A stretch of DNA of 64,000 bases from NCBI GenBank assembly GCA_964016885.1, contig OZ024753.1:19158001-19222000 (forward strand). The letters run 5' to 3'. Shown here piece after piece: positions 47,254 to 61,475 of the stretch. The DNA is from Eledone cirrhosa (Eukaryota). Numbering within the stretch: position 1 is the stretch's first letter; each line of letters opens with the position of its first letter. A model generated the notes under the pieces. It worked only from the letters and a program-made list of their open reading frames with translations. It did not search any database and was not told the origin of the DNA. Position numbers and translations under genes: made by a program.

Positions 47254-47277
47254 GTTGGTGGTGAAGAGAAAAGGCAC

Positions 47278-49025
47278 TTACCTCTCTGCGTCCCGGGTAT
47301 CGGGCTGCACAATTTCCATTAGGGTGGGGGATGGGTTGTTGGGTGGGGTGGTGGTTTGTGGAAGTGTGGGGCCATCAGTGTGTTGTGTGGTTGGGGAGCT
47401 TGGAGTTGTGTGGGTGTTTGGGGAGGGAGTGGGATAGTTTTTTAGGAGGACGCGGTTAATGGGCCCGACGCAGGGGGGACCCTCGTCCTCTTTAAAATTG
47501 TTTTTTAAAGTTTTATAGGTGTCCTGTGGGGCCTTAATCATTTTGAGGTGGGGGAAATCCCCTGCCTGGGTGAAGTTAGGCCCTTGTGTTTTTATTAGAT
47601 TGTTGTTGTACACAATGTTTAACAGTTTTTTGTTTCTTGTGTTTATGTATGTGTATGCATGTTTTTGTTTTTGTGTAGTGTTTTTTGTTTGCTGTTGTTG
47701 TGAGCTCTTTTGTGTTGGTGTCAGTGTTATGTTTTGGGGAGGGTTTTTTTTCATTTGTGTGTCTGAGGTGTGTTTTCTTTTTTTCTTTTGATTGTGTGGA
47801 AGTGCTCCTCCTCGTCTGACGACGAACTAGGGTTATCTTCCGCGTTGGAGGGGAGGGGTATATTTTCGGGTTGTGTTTGCGGTACGGGTGTTTTGGAAAT
47901 TGTTTTTGTTTTTTGAGTGGAGGGGATGGGTTGGACATTGTTTTGTTTTGGTTTGAGCTGTGGTGGTTGTTTTTGTAGTGGTAGTTGTGGTGATTGTGTT
48001 GGTTGTGCAGTTGTTGGTGGTGTAGGCAGGATTGGGGTTTTCTTATTAAGTTGGGGACAGACAGCCCTCAGGTGACCTCTGGTTCCGCAGAGGTAACACG
48101 AGGGCCGTCTACCCTCAACGGCAATGTTGATGAAGGTTAGATCATCCAGTATGACGCGTTCAGGGATCTGGGCGATCCTTTCGGGCCTCATTTGAACTAC
48201 AAGTTCGAGGCTCGTTCCACTGAACGCGTCACCCGATGCCTTTCCCATGGACACCAGCATGTCATCCTCCAGGTCCAGAAAACCTGTCAAAACCCACCAT
48301 ATGTCCATAATCGGCAGGATGGTGTGGATTTTTATTTTTTGTGTTCTTCTACCCATGTACGTAGGGTAGAAGGTGTATGCGGTGGATGTGATTGGTTTGA
48401 TGGACAGTTTCACTGCTGTGTCCCTGTCCTTCATGAGAATGGATAGACTCCCGTAGAGTCTATCCTTCTGAATGAAGGTGATGTCCTTCATGACGTCTTT
48501 TAAAACCAGCTCTATCTCGCTCTGTGATGGTTGAGCTGGTTTTTTACTTCTGTTCGAGATTGTCCTAAACATGACCGTGTTTAGGAGTTTCTGGCTTTTT
48601 AGTTCCGGGGAGGAATGGATTGTGAATGAACCATTTTCTCCGTACACTATATATTTTTTGGCATCCGCCAGTAGCTCCTTCGATTTTGTTATATCTACTG
48701 GCAGATAGTCGAGGGTTTTCCTTGTCGTCTCGGCGAAGGAGAAATTTTGTTTGTTTGTGTTGTTGTTGTCGTTGGTGGTGTTGTTGTTGTCATTGTTGTT
48801 GTTGTCACCGTTATTGGTCTTGTTGTTGTTGTTATTGTTATTGTTATTGGTGTTGTTTTCGTCCGTCGCATTGTTGTTGTTGTTCCTGTTGCTGCTGGTT
48901 CTTTGGGTTGTTGCCATGGCAACGTCAAGTTGTTGGTTAACAGGTAGAGAGAATTCTTCCTCTGGCTGACCTTTCTTCTTGACCTCTGCTACTGTGACAG
49001 TGGCAGGGGGAAGCTGTAAGTTCAT
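47278..49025 (-). pseudogene. LINE ORF1 with one frameshift in an A-run (~47780)
   Basis: 424-aa and 158-aa frames together match the copy 1 ORF1. Confidence 0.85.
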
Positions 49026-50286
49026 CTTCCCCTTTCCTCCTTCGAATTTTGGTGAAGAAGCTTCGGCTATTTAAAAAATATTGACTTTTCAACAAGAAAA
49101 AACTTTTTTTTTTTTTGTTTAACTATTTCGCCTAAAGGCGTAGAATATTTTGAGAGACTGACCAGATCAAAGTTTGACCTGGCAGTCTCTCTACAAAATG
49201 GTACAAAAATTAAAGTTATCAGACAAGGATTTCTATAGAAATTTAAACAGAACTTACTCAGCAAGTTATACGCGTGTGTCCATCCCAGATATACTATTCT
49301 TTCTGATGACTGAAGACTGATAGAAATACCTGTCCTCAGGAAACCACTGGTAAATGAAATAAGTATCTTATGATGTTTATTACATAACTATATATATAGA
49401 GAGAGTGATGGATAGATAGATAGGTAGATAGATAGATAGAGAGAGAGGGATAGAGAAAGAGAGAGGGATGACTATGCACATTCAAATTAAAGCCCATGTC
49501 ATGTAATAAATGATGCAACAAAAGAAAAACTGTAGTATCGTTAAATAGTTGGATATCTACTTAATATATCATATTCTCTTTGGAAACGTTATTGTCGAGG
49601 AGCAAGTTGAAACAGGGTCGTAAATAATAAATTGGACTCATATTTATGTTTAGAAGTAGAGATCGAAGTGTAATAAAAAAAATGTGCAAAGATGACATTT
49701 ATTTTATCATTAAGAATTTCCATCTCTGCGGAGTGGACTTGGATTATTTTAAGTTAAATTGATTGAAATAGTGTAAACTTAATTACTAAAGAAACACATA
49801 AATAATAATACAATCGTATAGAAATAATTGTTGCATTTCTAATATCTAAAGAACATGGATGAATCTGGTTATCATATTAAAAATGCATTACAATATTTAT
49901 CCCATTTTACATTGCATAAGTGTTTTTACATTCAGATTCACGTAATTGCGAAGGGAAATAATTTAAGAATAATTTAAGAAAATAATTAACTAATTGTTCC
50001 TTTAATGTTAAACCTTGTTTTCTTTATACAGCTTCATATAAGCTTCTTTTGAATCGCAAAACACGTACATAAAATGTTACACAATACATTCCGTCATATT
50101 AATGTTCTAAGAATTTAATAACGATATTGTTAAACGATATACTGTCAATTAATATTTGAAAGTCTCATTTAGGTGTTAAGTATTTATGTATGTATATATA
50201 GAGAGAGAGCAGACAGAATAGGAAGGTTGTGTAGTTGCTAGTTAAGGTAGGCCTAAAATCAAGAAGAAAGTGGGAACGTTTTTCTC

Positions 50287-50616
50287 CTCAATTGGCTACT
50301 GGGGGTTTCGGATATTTCAACGCTTTAAAGACAATATACCTACCCCCAGCGCGTTCAATGACTAGATAAATTATTGGGAAAATGGAGGAGAGAGGGGAGG
50401 AAAATAGAAAGGAAAAGAGAATGCTCGCACATTCTACGGTTTGTTGCTTTTTTTCGCTGATTTCATCTTTTCTTCCCTTTTTTTCCTTTTCCCTTTCTAT
50501 TTTCCTTCCCTCCCTCCTCCGTTTTCCCAATAGCTTACACAGTTATTTAACGCTCTGGGGGTAGATATATTGTCTTTACAGCGTTGAAATATCCAAGAAG
50601 CCCAGTAGACAACTGA
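50287..50616. repeat. Diverged inverted repeat (~110-bp or longer arms)
   Basis: GGATATTTCAACGCTTTAAAGACAATATACCTACCCCCAG vs CTGGGGGTAGATATATTGTCTTTACAGCGTTGAAATATCC; related sequence at ~23125-23155. Confidence 0.75.
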
Positions 50617-50665
50617 TGAGCCTCCCCCCCCCCCCAACCGTTTTTGCTTTCTTTTTGATTTTAAG

Positions 50666-50713
<48 letters not shown>

Positions 50714-50915
50714 ATATATATATACAGAGAGAGAGAGAGAGAAATATATATATACAGAGAGAGATTCTTTCAGATCTAGCTGTCGAAACGGCTCAAGCTC
50801 AGCTATCGGGGTCCTGACTCTTTTCCTATTACCCACCCTATTACCCTAAGTATTGAGTACTCTGATGCGTTATAGTCTACTTGGTATCTTACCACACCTT
50901 CTTTGTTATATATAT

Positions 50916-50998
<83 letters not shown>

Positions 50999-51419
50999 GG
51001 AACGATCGACTTTCGTCAAATCGGACTGAGGAAACAATGTTTCCATTGGTCTTTCCAATTGCTAATACTATCTATCGATCGCAACTCCAGGTAGAAGGAG
51101 CAACGTGAAATAAAGTGTCTTGCTGAAGGACATAACGCATCACCTGCATCGTTTGCGTGTGTTTGGGCCTGTGTATATGTGTGTGAGACTGTTGCTTCGA
51201 GAAACATACTACGTCTGGTCTCTAAAACACTATATTGACATATTGTGTTATCCTGTTGTATCGGATTCTTCTCTACTATTTTATGTCCTCTTTTTGTGCC
51301 ATGAACGTGTCCGTTACCCCTTTCTAGCTTCCTTTGCATAACATAAGCTCACATTTTTTTCTATATAAATAACAATCTCAAACTTTGTGACTTTTATAAT
51401 AATATATTTTTTAAATTTG

Positions 51420-51603
51420 AATAATTGTTTGTACTTTTGGCACAATGCCAGCAAATACCCAGTACATTACTGGTACTTTATTTTATCGACCCCGTAAGGA
51501 TGAAAGGTAAAGTTAACCTCGGCGGGATTTGAACTCAGACCGTAAAGGGACGTAACTATGCTGGAAAGCATGGCATCCGACTCTCTACTGATACTGCCAA
51601 TCC
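51420..51603 (-). mobile_element. SINE, Meta-like family (decayed relative at ~54150-54335)
   Basis: Match to 14330-14520. Confidence 0.75.
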
Positions 51604-52306
51604 TTGAATAATGGTTTCCAGAATGTTTTTTTTTTACCCAACTTTAAACCGAATCTCGATCGATTTAGGTAGGCAAACCACCAGCTTAAAGTTTGACATG
51701 TTTACAAAAATATGTTTGTAACTTATTGACATGAGCATATTTATGAGATAGCAGCATTTGGAAGATTTGTGTATGGACTTACATGTCACTCTGATATGAC
51801 CTTTGCCACTTTACAAGGGGGAAGAATTATACATAATGGGGAAATTATGAAATATTTCTGCAATGACATTAATGTATAAGTAGGGTTTCTATAGATTGGT
51901 ATTAAGAAATTTTTCAGAGATGTAAACTACATTGTATTTCTGTTATATATCGTGTGGTTGGGGCTTTTTATTTAATATTAAATTTCTTTTCTTTTGATTC
52001 GGTTAGTCTTTTTATCTCCTGTTGTTTTTAAATTGTTATTCGTACCCTTGTACAATCAGCGTTATTGATTATTGTGTAATGTAGTTATTTTTATTTTCTG
52101 CAGATCTGTTGATGATCCATTGCATGTGAGAAGATTATGGCAGAGCCCCATCAATATTAACTGGGAATCAAGTAAAGAGTTTCTCACATAAAGTTATTTA
52201 TCTTTCTTTAATACATCCAATCATTGTATTCAGGGCGAGATTCAGAGAATTCACTATATCATTGGATGATCTCACATGTATACATACATGTATATATATA
52301 TATTCT

Positions 52307-52342
<36 letters not shown>

Positions 52343-54819
52343 AGGGTGTGTTTGTGTGTGTGTATAGGTGTGGGAGTGTGTTTATATGTATGTATAATAC
52401 ACACACATCCATATATATATGTGTGTGTGTATGTATGTATGTGTGTGTGTGTGCGTGTATGTGTGTGGTTGTGGGTATATGGGTGTGTGTTTATATGTGT
52501 GGGTGTGTATTTGTTGGTGTGTGTGTAGGTGTGTATATATATATATATGCATAATACACATACATACCCTAACCCAAGTTTCTGGTACATCTGAAAAATA
52601 ATCATTATATTATCTAAAACCTACACATGTCATCATAACGGGTTTTAGTCTTACTTTTCCTCTTCTTGTATGATTTATTTCCTATGTTCTACAATGATTC
52701 TAGCTTCCCTGAACCAGGTTGAGGAGAAAGGTTGCGTGTAGGGTCTATACTCCTACCACGTCAAAAGACTCGTTCGCTACAGAATCCACTATGTTGCCCG
52801 TTGCCCCGAGGCTGGAGGGACCAGAGGACCATATTGTATCACTGCAATCTTGTTTGGCCCTATTCGAATATCATAGATAATGTAGTCAAATGGCTTCCTT
52901 ACACCATTAAAAGGTATGTATTTATATTTTATATTTTCTTTCCGGATATATTTATTCAGGATATATACTTTTGTTTAGAGAACAAACATCAAATATTTTT
53001 ATGACTTTACCAATATATTGTATTATTTAGCTAAAGGTTTTTGGACTGGTGGTCGTTCATCGAACTTTCAACCTTATGTTGATAAATATTGATCTTGATA
53101 TGAAACTACCAAGCATGAAGTTTGACGGACATTCATATCAAACTGGGAAAATATAAAAATCTAACATTTTGAAAAGTTGGTTTTAGCTTGCAGGTCATTC
53201 TGCGACGACATTTAGAATTTAAAATTCGTATAATTCTTGACAATGGCATAAAGGCTAATATGAAGAAAGCTTTTCTATAACTTCCATGTGGGGAGTTATT
53301 CCTAGATCTACAAAATATATTGCATTTCTTTCAAATTTAGCTGGAGTGTGTTTCATGTATTAGCTAGTGCGCATCATGTTTATTCAGACATATTTATATG
53401 TTATTGCTCTTTTTATTCAGCAAAACTTATATTTTCATTTCTGTAGTGATTGAGTAGCGTTCTTCAAAAGGAAATTTGAACTTAGTCCCCTTTCTTACAA
53501 ATAGTCAGTTACTTCCGTATGATTTTTGTTGGAAATGCAGTATTAAAATAGGATGACATATCTATCACTCCTCTCATTGTCTCTCCACACACCTTCTCTT
53601 AGTCTCTGTCACTTTCTACTCTTTCACAACCCTTCACTATTGAAATAGGACGAGATTTCTATCACTCCTTCAATATTTCTGTCTCTTTCACACACCCTCT
53701 CTTTGGTTCTGTTATTGTCTGTTCTCTTGCAGCCCTTCACGTGTTTTTGAAGAATTGAAGCGGGCCAGTACAAGGTGACCTGGTCGTTATTATTATTTTT
53801 GTTTGTGACATGACAGTTCCATTCAAACTATATTTTCATCAAATTTATGTAATAGATAAATTCCATATCCCCGTTGTTAGGTATTATTAATGTAATTCTA
53901 AGCCTACGTTCAGTTCTAGAAAATTGAACTTTCCTTACTTCAAAAGCAGCTAATTTCGAGGTATAGATCATATTGAAAAAAGATTTCGTCAAATTTAGGT
54001 ACAAAGGTGAGCAACGTTTGGGAGAAAGGTAAATACTATTAGATCAAACTGAGAAGACGGTTTGTTTGTTTTAAAAGCCGTGCAATGCAAGTGGGTTAGA
54101 TTACAAAGGTACGAAGTCAGGCAGGAATAGAGAAAGCAAAACTGGGAGAATAAGAATACACCTTATTTATTAAATCAATCCTAGTATTTTGCTGAAGCTT
54201 TAATTTATCGAACTCGGAAGGATGGAAGGTAAAGCTGACCTCCATGGGATATGAACTCAGAATGTAATGTGTCGAAATAACACAATTAATTTTTTCTTTT
54301 TGTCGACGCTCTAACATTTCTGCTAATTCACCAATCGTTCAAAATTAAGGAATACTTCTTCAGAATTCTAAGATTACAAAGTCTAAGTCGGATTCAATGT
54401 CCCTGAAGGTGATTGCAAAGGAGATATTGAGGTCTATTAGCATTTATCTGTATTTACAGGAATACAGTGTGGATTAGGTTGTGATTTGGCTGATCTTTGA
54501 AGCATCAGATTAAGTAACTCTTGATATTCATCTGCATCTGTCACACCCTTATTTGTATTACGTCTCGTCTGTTCGAAAAAGCACCCACGAAACATCTTAT
54601 CAGATGCAAGCATAGATGACGCCGGTGAAAGATGCGCAGACAGGAACTGCAACGTACTTGTATCAAGAAATTTGATCATTCCGTGATGCCACATTCATGC
54701 TATACAAACCTAGTTACTTCGACTCGCTATATTCAGAATATTTTGTTTTATATATCACGGAAACTAACTGCAAGTGAAATTATAATGCAAGATGCCATGG
54801 TAAACAACGTTTACATTTA

Positions 54820-56100
54820 ACAGGGTTTGGCAGTCCTGCCCCTGGTCCCTTCTGTGTGAAGGAGGTGACAGGCACGTAGTTGGGGGGGGGGGGTACCTAA
54901 GGCTCGCTTGATTCGTCCGATTTGAAGGCGGGCATTGTTGTTGTTATTATCAAGACTAGTTGTGGTGTGGGTAACAGCTGTTACCAACACCAGTAAAGTA
55001 GAGTTGTAGTGGTCATTGTCGGCGTGGTTCTCGGTGCGAACTGGTAATGGTCCGTAGGAGGGCAACCATTGTCGGAGTTTCCACTGCACCTTGTTGAATC
55101 ATGGCCTGTATGTTGTCACGGCCCGGAGGTTCCGCTTGGATCTGGTCGGGCTAGATTAGCGGATGCCAAAATGCCGTCGAGGGCAGGTTGGTGGTTAGTG
55201 TCCCGAAGTTCTGTGCATCGGGTGTCGGAGTTAGCTACATTAACATTACTACGTCTATTGAACCTAATAGATTCGGTATAACTAGCCCTGGTCAGTACGT
55301 TGTTGTAGTATTCAGCATGTTGTTCGAATATCTTGGCGTTGGCCGACAAGGTGGATATTCTGTAGGATACACTATTCACGATGGTATTTAGCACTGTCTT
55401 GGGGTGGTTGGAATGGTTGGTTACATAACGGAGATATTCATTAGGCTGTTGCCGTCATAGTCCGGTTTCTATTTCTAAAGTTACGTCGAGAAAGTTGTCT
55501 GTTCAATTTCTATTTTAAGTCACATATTTTTTTAAAGAATACTCTAAGTTTTTTACGTTTTCTTTCTAATAAGTTGGCGTTAAGGTTGTGGAAGGTAAAA
55601 AGGGTGTTGTCTCTGTACAATCCGCCCCTGAACTCTGGGAACTCAATCAGAATATTATGGAGTAAGGAGATGCCGACAATGTCAGAGATTTCCGCCAAAT
55701 CACTGGAGTCCATTGTTATTTCGAAGCAGTCCGGTCAGTCGTTACGTTCCCAGAGTTTTCCTTCGAATTATCTCAATGTATTCCTAGCTACAGTAACTAT
55801 GTCCACTTTACTATGGCTGATGTTATACTCTTGGATAGCTACGTGGAGGGTTTTCTTCATGAGTACAGCGGAAATGAACTCCATGTTGCTAAACCTTTCG
55901 ATAACGTCGTTGATGCAAGTCCATAAGTTAATTCCTAAATTAGCTTTAAGTTCTGGGATAATTCTGTCTATAATGGACTTGCTGACCCTACCTAGGTCAG
56001 ACTTTGAGGGCGCGATTAGTCTTACATGGAGTTTAGTCTCAAAGTCAGGTTTATGGTCGTTAATCGTTATGTGTGGGGTCGTAAATCGATAGTTCATGAA
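54820..56100 (-). pseudogene. Decayed Hydra-like PLE RT
   Basis: ITINDHKPDF...RLIAPSKSDLGRVSK...INLW, GGLYRDN, SYRISTLS...HAEYYN in broken frames. Confidence 0.82.
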
Positions 56101-56432
56101 ATGCCTTTACCCACACGATAAACGAGCACCGGGTCTTCCAAGCGTGACACAACCCACAAACCCCTGCTTCCTGTTTACAACAAAACAAGTCTTTGACTGA
56201 CCAATACACATTCCAAAACGCGCAAACACGCATGCACACACACACACAGACACACGAATCCTTAATTGCTCGCGCGCACGCGAAAACACGCACATGAATA
56301 TATATGAATACACACCGGTATTACCACCCCACCAATTACACCAAAACACACATAAACGACGACACACATAAAATAGGGCCAATACCTATATATATAAATT
56401 CTCAGTCAAATATCTCTTTTTTCGCATCAATA

Positions 56433-56501
56433 GTCTGAAGAGTAGATCGATACTGGAGTCCTTGGTCACCTTGAGCCAATCGGCTGCGAAACGCGTGTAA
56501 C
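56433..56501 (+). ncRNA. Hammerhead motif
   Basis: gt-CTGAAGA-gtag...ctgc-GAAA-cgcgtg-TA-ac; short stem I. Confidence 0.6.
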
Positions 56502-56588
56502 AGGTAGATACGCATTTTCTATTATACACACTCTGCTTGTGTATAGAGTGATTGATTTGGTACCAACACCAGTATTTCACCGTCCTAC

Positions 56589-56638
<50 letters not shown>

Positions 56639-56683
56639 GAAATGACAGGAAGCTGGATTGTGTAAATCCTTGAAAGGTTTATT

Positions 56684-56741
56684 ATACTATGATGATTTCA
56701 ATGACCGGGTTCCGTATAAATCCGGTGATATCATCAGGTAT
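56684..56741 (-). ncRNA. Hammerhead motif followed by AATAAA
   Basis: atac-CTGATGA-t-atcaccgg...ccggtcat-t-GAAA-tcatca-TA-gtat. Confidence 0.65.
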
Positions 56742-56850
56742 TCGAAATATAACAAGTGAATGCAATATATATAATCCATGGGGCTGAAAATCAAAGACCC
56801 GATTGACCACACGGAATTGACCAGCTCTATCCAGTGGTGAACCTCAAACC

Positions 56851-56913
<63 letters not shown>

Positions 56914-57910
56914 ATGTATATGTATATAGTGTATCTCTTTATCTCTCATACCTTCTAAGTGTAAAAGGATCACAAGTTCTTAATGGTCGAGAGTTATCCA
57001 TATGAGAAAATGCGAAAACGTAATAAATTCAATAGAGAATGTGTGAGTAATAAAAACGTTGCTTAATGTAACAGTTATCGAGATTTTAAAATGTATGATA
57101 CTACAACTTATGTTTATCTAGGAAAACATCTCATGAATTATAACAGTCAATGAGATCCACTGGAATAGGATATATATAGAGAGAAATATAAGGGGTAATA
57201 TATGTAGAAGAGATGTTTTCCTAAAGTTAAACTGTTAAGTTTGAAAATATTTAATTTATGCTATTTTAGGGTGAAGAATCAAAATTAAATTTTTTTTTTA
57301 CATTGCTGGTTATTTATATTTATTAGGTTTGTAAATTCTATAAGTGTGTTAAGATTTCTAAACTTTTGAATGTTATCAGGATAACATTTAAAGGATTTAG
57401 ATGGCCAGCGGAAAGGAAAGTTTACCCTGTTGAATATTTTCCGAAATGTAAACTTTATTGAAGATAATCATTGTCAATATATTCAGTATGTAAAGCTTAT
57501 GAAGTACTTATTGTTAGAAATATTTAAATAACGATTATGTATATAGATATATAATAATGAGCCAGTATATTTTAGGTAAATGATAACGAAAATAAAAATA
57601 AAATAATAGATTGAGGCATGCTAAAGTTAAATATATACCTATATATTATAGGGTGTAAATGCATTAATTATTCATAGTTCAAAATAAATAATAATCAAGA
57701 AATTTAAATGTTAACTAAACATTACCTATAGAAAGATGCAGGGATGTATATATGGATATATATTAGGTATTAGTGATATAATATACTTTAGGTAAATGAT
57801 AACGGTTATAATTTTATATAATAAAGTTCTACGTGTTACAATTAAATACATATATATATATATATGATAAAGAACACAAGAGCGTCTACAACATCAAAAG
57901 ATTGTTATTG

Positions 57911-57955
57911 GCTTACATTGTTTCTTCCTTACGTAACCGCAGGATTCGTCAGAGC
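57911..57955 (-). ncRNA. Hammerhead motif
   Basis: gct-CTGACGA-atcctgcg-gtta-cgtaaggaa-GAAA-caatg-TA-agc. Confidence 0.65.
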
Positions 57956-60110
57956 TATAAAAGGGGTTTGATTGGTGTTATGGACTCTACCAACCAAACA
58001 TTCAAGAACAAAGAGTAAAGAGAGTAAAGAGCAAAAGTAGGGGACGATAAGTCTAATTTTGGTGCGGGAGGGTGGGGTGTGGGTCCTTGTTTAATAGCTG
58101 CGGTCATATTCATTCCCGGGAGTCGAGTGGTTAGCTGAACCATAGATGGGGTGGCGTCGATAGTATGGTACAGAGGGTGTGCAGAGGCTACCCAAACACA
58201 AAGGGCATACAATATATATATAACGGAGGAGAAAGTACATGAGGTAATTAGAAATGGAAAAAGAGTAATAATAATAATCTATAATTAATAATGTATAATA
58301 AGGAATGGGGAAGATTACACTATAATAAGGTATAAAAGTAAGAATAATGTAACATATAAAGGAGGATAAAAGTGGAAATAATAAAGATAAAAAATATATA
58401 TGTAAAAAAATATATAGAGAATATATAAAGAAATATAAGCGAGTATTTGGAGGGGAAAACATAATGTAAAAAAACCGATTTTTTCAAATAAAAATAAAAA
58501 TATTATAATTATGGGGGGAGAAAACGGGATAGAAAAATATGATCAAATGTGATTAGTTGAGAGAATATAAGATGATAATAGTTATGTCAAGTTTATACAT
58601 CTTAATAATAAATAATATGTGTATCAGAGTTACAGAACCTTAAATTCACTTACAGGTTCAAGCCACGTGGCATAGTCCATTGTTTATATGTGCGGTCATG
58701 CGCGTTTGTTTTTGACACCACAGCAGATGCACAAGTTCGTAAATTCCAATGCAGGTAGAAATCTATTTTTGCTCACCCGGACATTGACGGAGGATCCAAT
58801 ATTCCTAGTTCAATATGTGTGTGGTGTTATTTTGGTCGCACAAATCAATCACTTGGTTCAATATTATGGAGTATGGTTTTCTGGTCTTCGTAACAGTGTC
58901 AGCGGTTGTATATCTGGAAATCACAAGGATCACAGTACTCCGGTTTGGTGTGATTATCGGTCATCCAGCTATGTTGTTGGTGGTTGGATTCAATTATATT
59001 GCCCCGATCGTAGAACTTTGGTGTCGATAGAACATTAACGAGGCAGGGTGAGATCGCATCTGTGGTACAAAACGGTACACAAGGAAATTCTTCGTCTTCG
59101 TTTCATCCAGGTCCAGCAGTCACGTGCAAGAACCGCTACGTAGTAATTGTGGGGTTAATCGGTCAAGTCAGCAACTGACCGAAAATATATATATAAGAAA
59201 AACTATAATAAATGCATGGATAATTCAGAGTTCAATATAAGGTCTATAATAATTTATAGTTTGTATATTTGCTCTATATTTGAATCATGGATATAAACAT
59301 GCAGTAGGTATATTTAAAAACATAGAAAATATAATTACATACATATTATAAATAAGAGATCAAAAACGCATGAAAGATTCACAGTTAGAAATAAGTTCCG
59401 TAAAAATAATTAACTTTAGCATGCCTCAATCTATTACTTTATTTTTAATTTCGTTATCATTTACCTAAAATATACTGGCTCATTAATATATATCTATATA
59501 CATAATCGTTATTTAAATATTTCTAACTGTAAGTACTTCATAAGCTTTACATACTGAATATGTTGACAATGATTATCTTCGGTAAAGTTTACATTTAGGA
59601 AAATATTCAACAGTGTAAACTGTCCTTTCCGCTGGCCAGCTAAATCCTTTAAACGTTATCCTGATAACATTGAGAAGTTTAGAAATGTTAACACACTTAT
59701 AGAATAAAAATAAAACTAATAAATATAAATAACCAGCAATTTGTGAAAAAACCTAAAATCTTGATTCTTCACCCTAAAATAGCATAAATTAAATATTTTC
59801 AAACTTAACAGTTTAACTTTAGGAAAAAATCTCCTTCTGCATATATTACCCCCTTATCTCTGCCTCTATAAATCCTATTCCAGTGGCTCTCATTGACTGT
59901 TATAATTGATGAGATGTTCTCCTAGATAAACATAAGTTGTAGTATCATACATTTTAAAATCTCTATAACTGTTACATTAAGCAACGTTTTTCTTACTCAC
60001 ACATTCTCTATTGAATTTATTACGTTTTCGCATTTTCTCATTATTAGGGTATAAAGGTTACATTTTCTCTTGATTAAATCTTAACCATGTAACATCTCAG
60101 GGTATGTCCT

Positions 60111-60169
60111 TATATTTTGTCTGATGAGGACGTACTGTTGTATATCCGAAATATGTATAATAAAATGTA
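60111..60169 (+). ncRNA. Type I hammerhead ribozyme
   Basis: tatattttgt-CTGATGA-ggacgtac-tgtt-gtatatcc-GAAA-tatgta-TA-ataaaatgta. Confidence 0.85.
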
Positions 60170-60314
60170 ATTGATCAAAAGAACATATATTTTATTAATA
60201 TTTGTATTTTAATATTAATAAATCTGGAAAATTATTTACTGTAGAGTGCTTCCAATCTACTGTAAAACTCATTCTTTGATATACTCATTGAATCTTGTTT
60301 AACTCTTTAATATA

Positions 60315-60353
<39 letters not shown>

Positions 60354-60475
60354 AATATAGACATAGAATATTCGAAAATATTCTGTATGATTATAATAAA
60401 CATTTTGAAGACATAATCGCTATAGAATAGAATACGTCACGTATTACAATTAGATTCTCGATAAAAGCAAGGGAA

Positions 60476-60518
60476 GTAATCTACGCGTTTCATTCTTGTT
60501 AGAAATCATCAGGACTAC
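60476..60518 (-). ncRNA. Array hammerhead (also 60786-60828, 61096-61138)
   Basis: gtagtc-CTGATGA-t-ttct-aaca-agaa-t-GAAA-cgcg-TA-gattac. Confidence 0.92.
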
Positions 60519-61432
60519 ATATCCAGTGCTTTTATCGAGAATGACACAGCTAGAGACTTATAGAATACTTAGCTGTGTACAGGAACTGGTTTGAAAGAGC
60601 GGTTGCCGGTCCGGCAGAAATTAGAAATTGGAATAAATGCTCTGAAATAGCGATATATATGTGAATATAGACATAGAATATTCGAAAATATTCTGTATGT
60701 TTATAATAAACATTTTGAAGACCTAATCGCTATAGAATAGAATACGTCACGTATTACAATTAGATTCTCGATAAAAGCAAGGGAAGTAATCTACGCGTTT
60801 CATTCTTGTTAGAAATCATCAGGACTACATATCCAGTGCTTTTATCGAGAATGACACAGCTAGAGACTTATAGAATACTTAGCTGTGTACAGGAACTGGT
60901 TTGAAAGAGCGGTTGCCGGTCCGGCAGAAATTAGAAATTGGAATAAATGCTCTGAAATAGCGATATATATGTGAATATAGACATAGAATATTCGAAAATA
61001 TTCTGTATGTTTATAATAAACATTTTGAAGACCTAATCGCTATAGAATAGAATACGTCACGTATTACAATTAGATTCTCGATAAAAGCAAGGGAAGTAAT
61101 CTACGCGTTTCATTCTTGTTAGAAATCATCAGGACTACATATCCAGTGCTTTTATCGAGAATGACACAGCTAGAGACTTATAGAATACTAAGCTGTGTAC
61201 AGGAACTGGTTTGAAAGAGCGGTTGCCGGTCCGGCAGAAATTAGAAATTGGAATAAATGCTCTGAAATAGCGATATATATGTGAATATAGACATAGAATA
61301 TTCGAAAATATTCTGTATGTTTATAATAAACATCTGCCGGACCGGCAACCGCTCTTTCAAACCAGTTCCTGTACACAGCTAAGTATTCTATAAGTCTCTA
61401 GCTGTGTCATTCTCGATAAAAGCACTGGATAT

Positions 61433-61475
61433 GTAGTCCTGATGATTTCTAACAAGAATGAAACGCGTAGATTAC
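61433..61475 (+). ncRNA. Array hammerhead (also 61743-61785, 62053-62095, 62363-62405)
   Basis: gtagtc-CTGATGA-t-ttct-aaca-agaa-t-GAAA-cgcg-TA-gattac. Confidence 0.92.

Larger units (their letters stand above)
43555..49046 (-). mobile_element. Tx1/L1-clade non-LTR retrotransposon, copy 2
   Basis: Colinear and highly similar to 4252-9746; same domains. Confidence 0.93.
57002..60310. mobile_element. Non-coding fold-back element: ~630-bp inverted arms (57002-57630 / 59410-60041); right arm continues to an HHR
   Basis: Reverse-complement match of arms; terminal TGTAAAACTCATTCTT...TTTAACTCT motif also at ~23998 and ~26759. Confidence 0.8.

Noticed and set aside
51740-54700. Possible host exons (acceptor ~52102, donor ~52912, ORF 54437..54694)
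   Set aside because: Splice-like signals exist but peptides are short and unrecognised; needs RNA-seq or homology search
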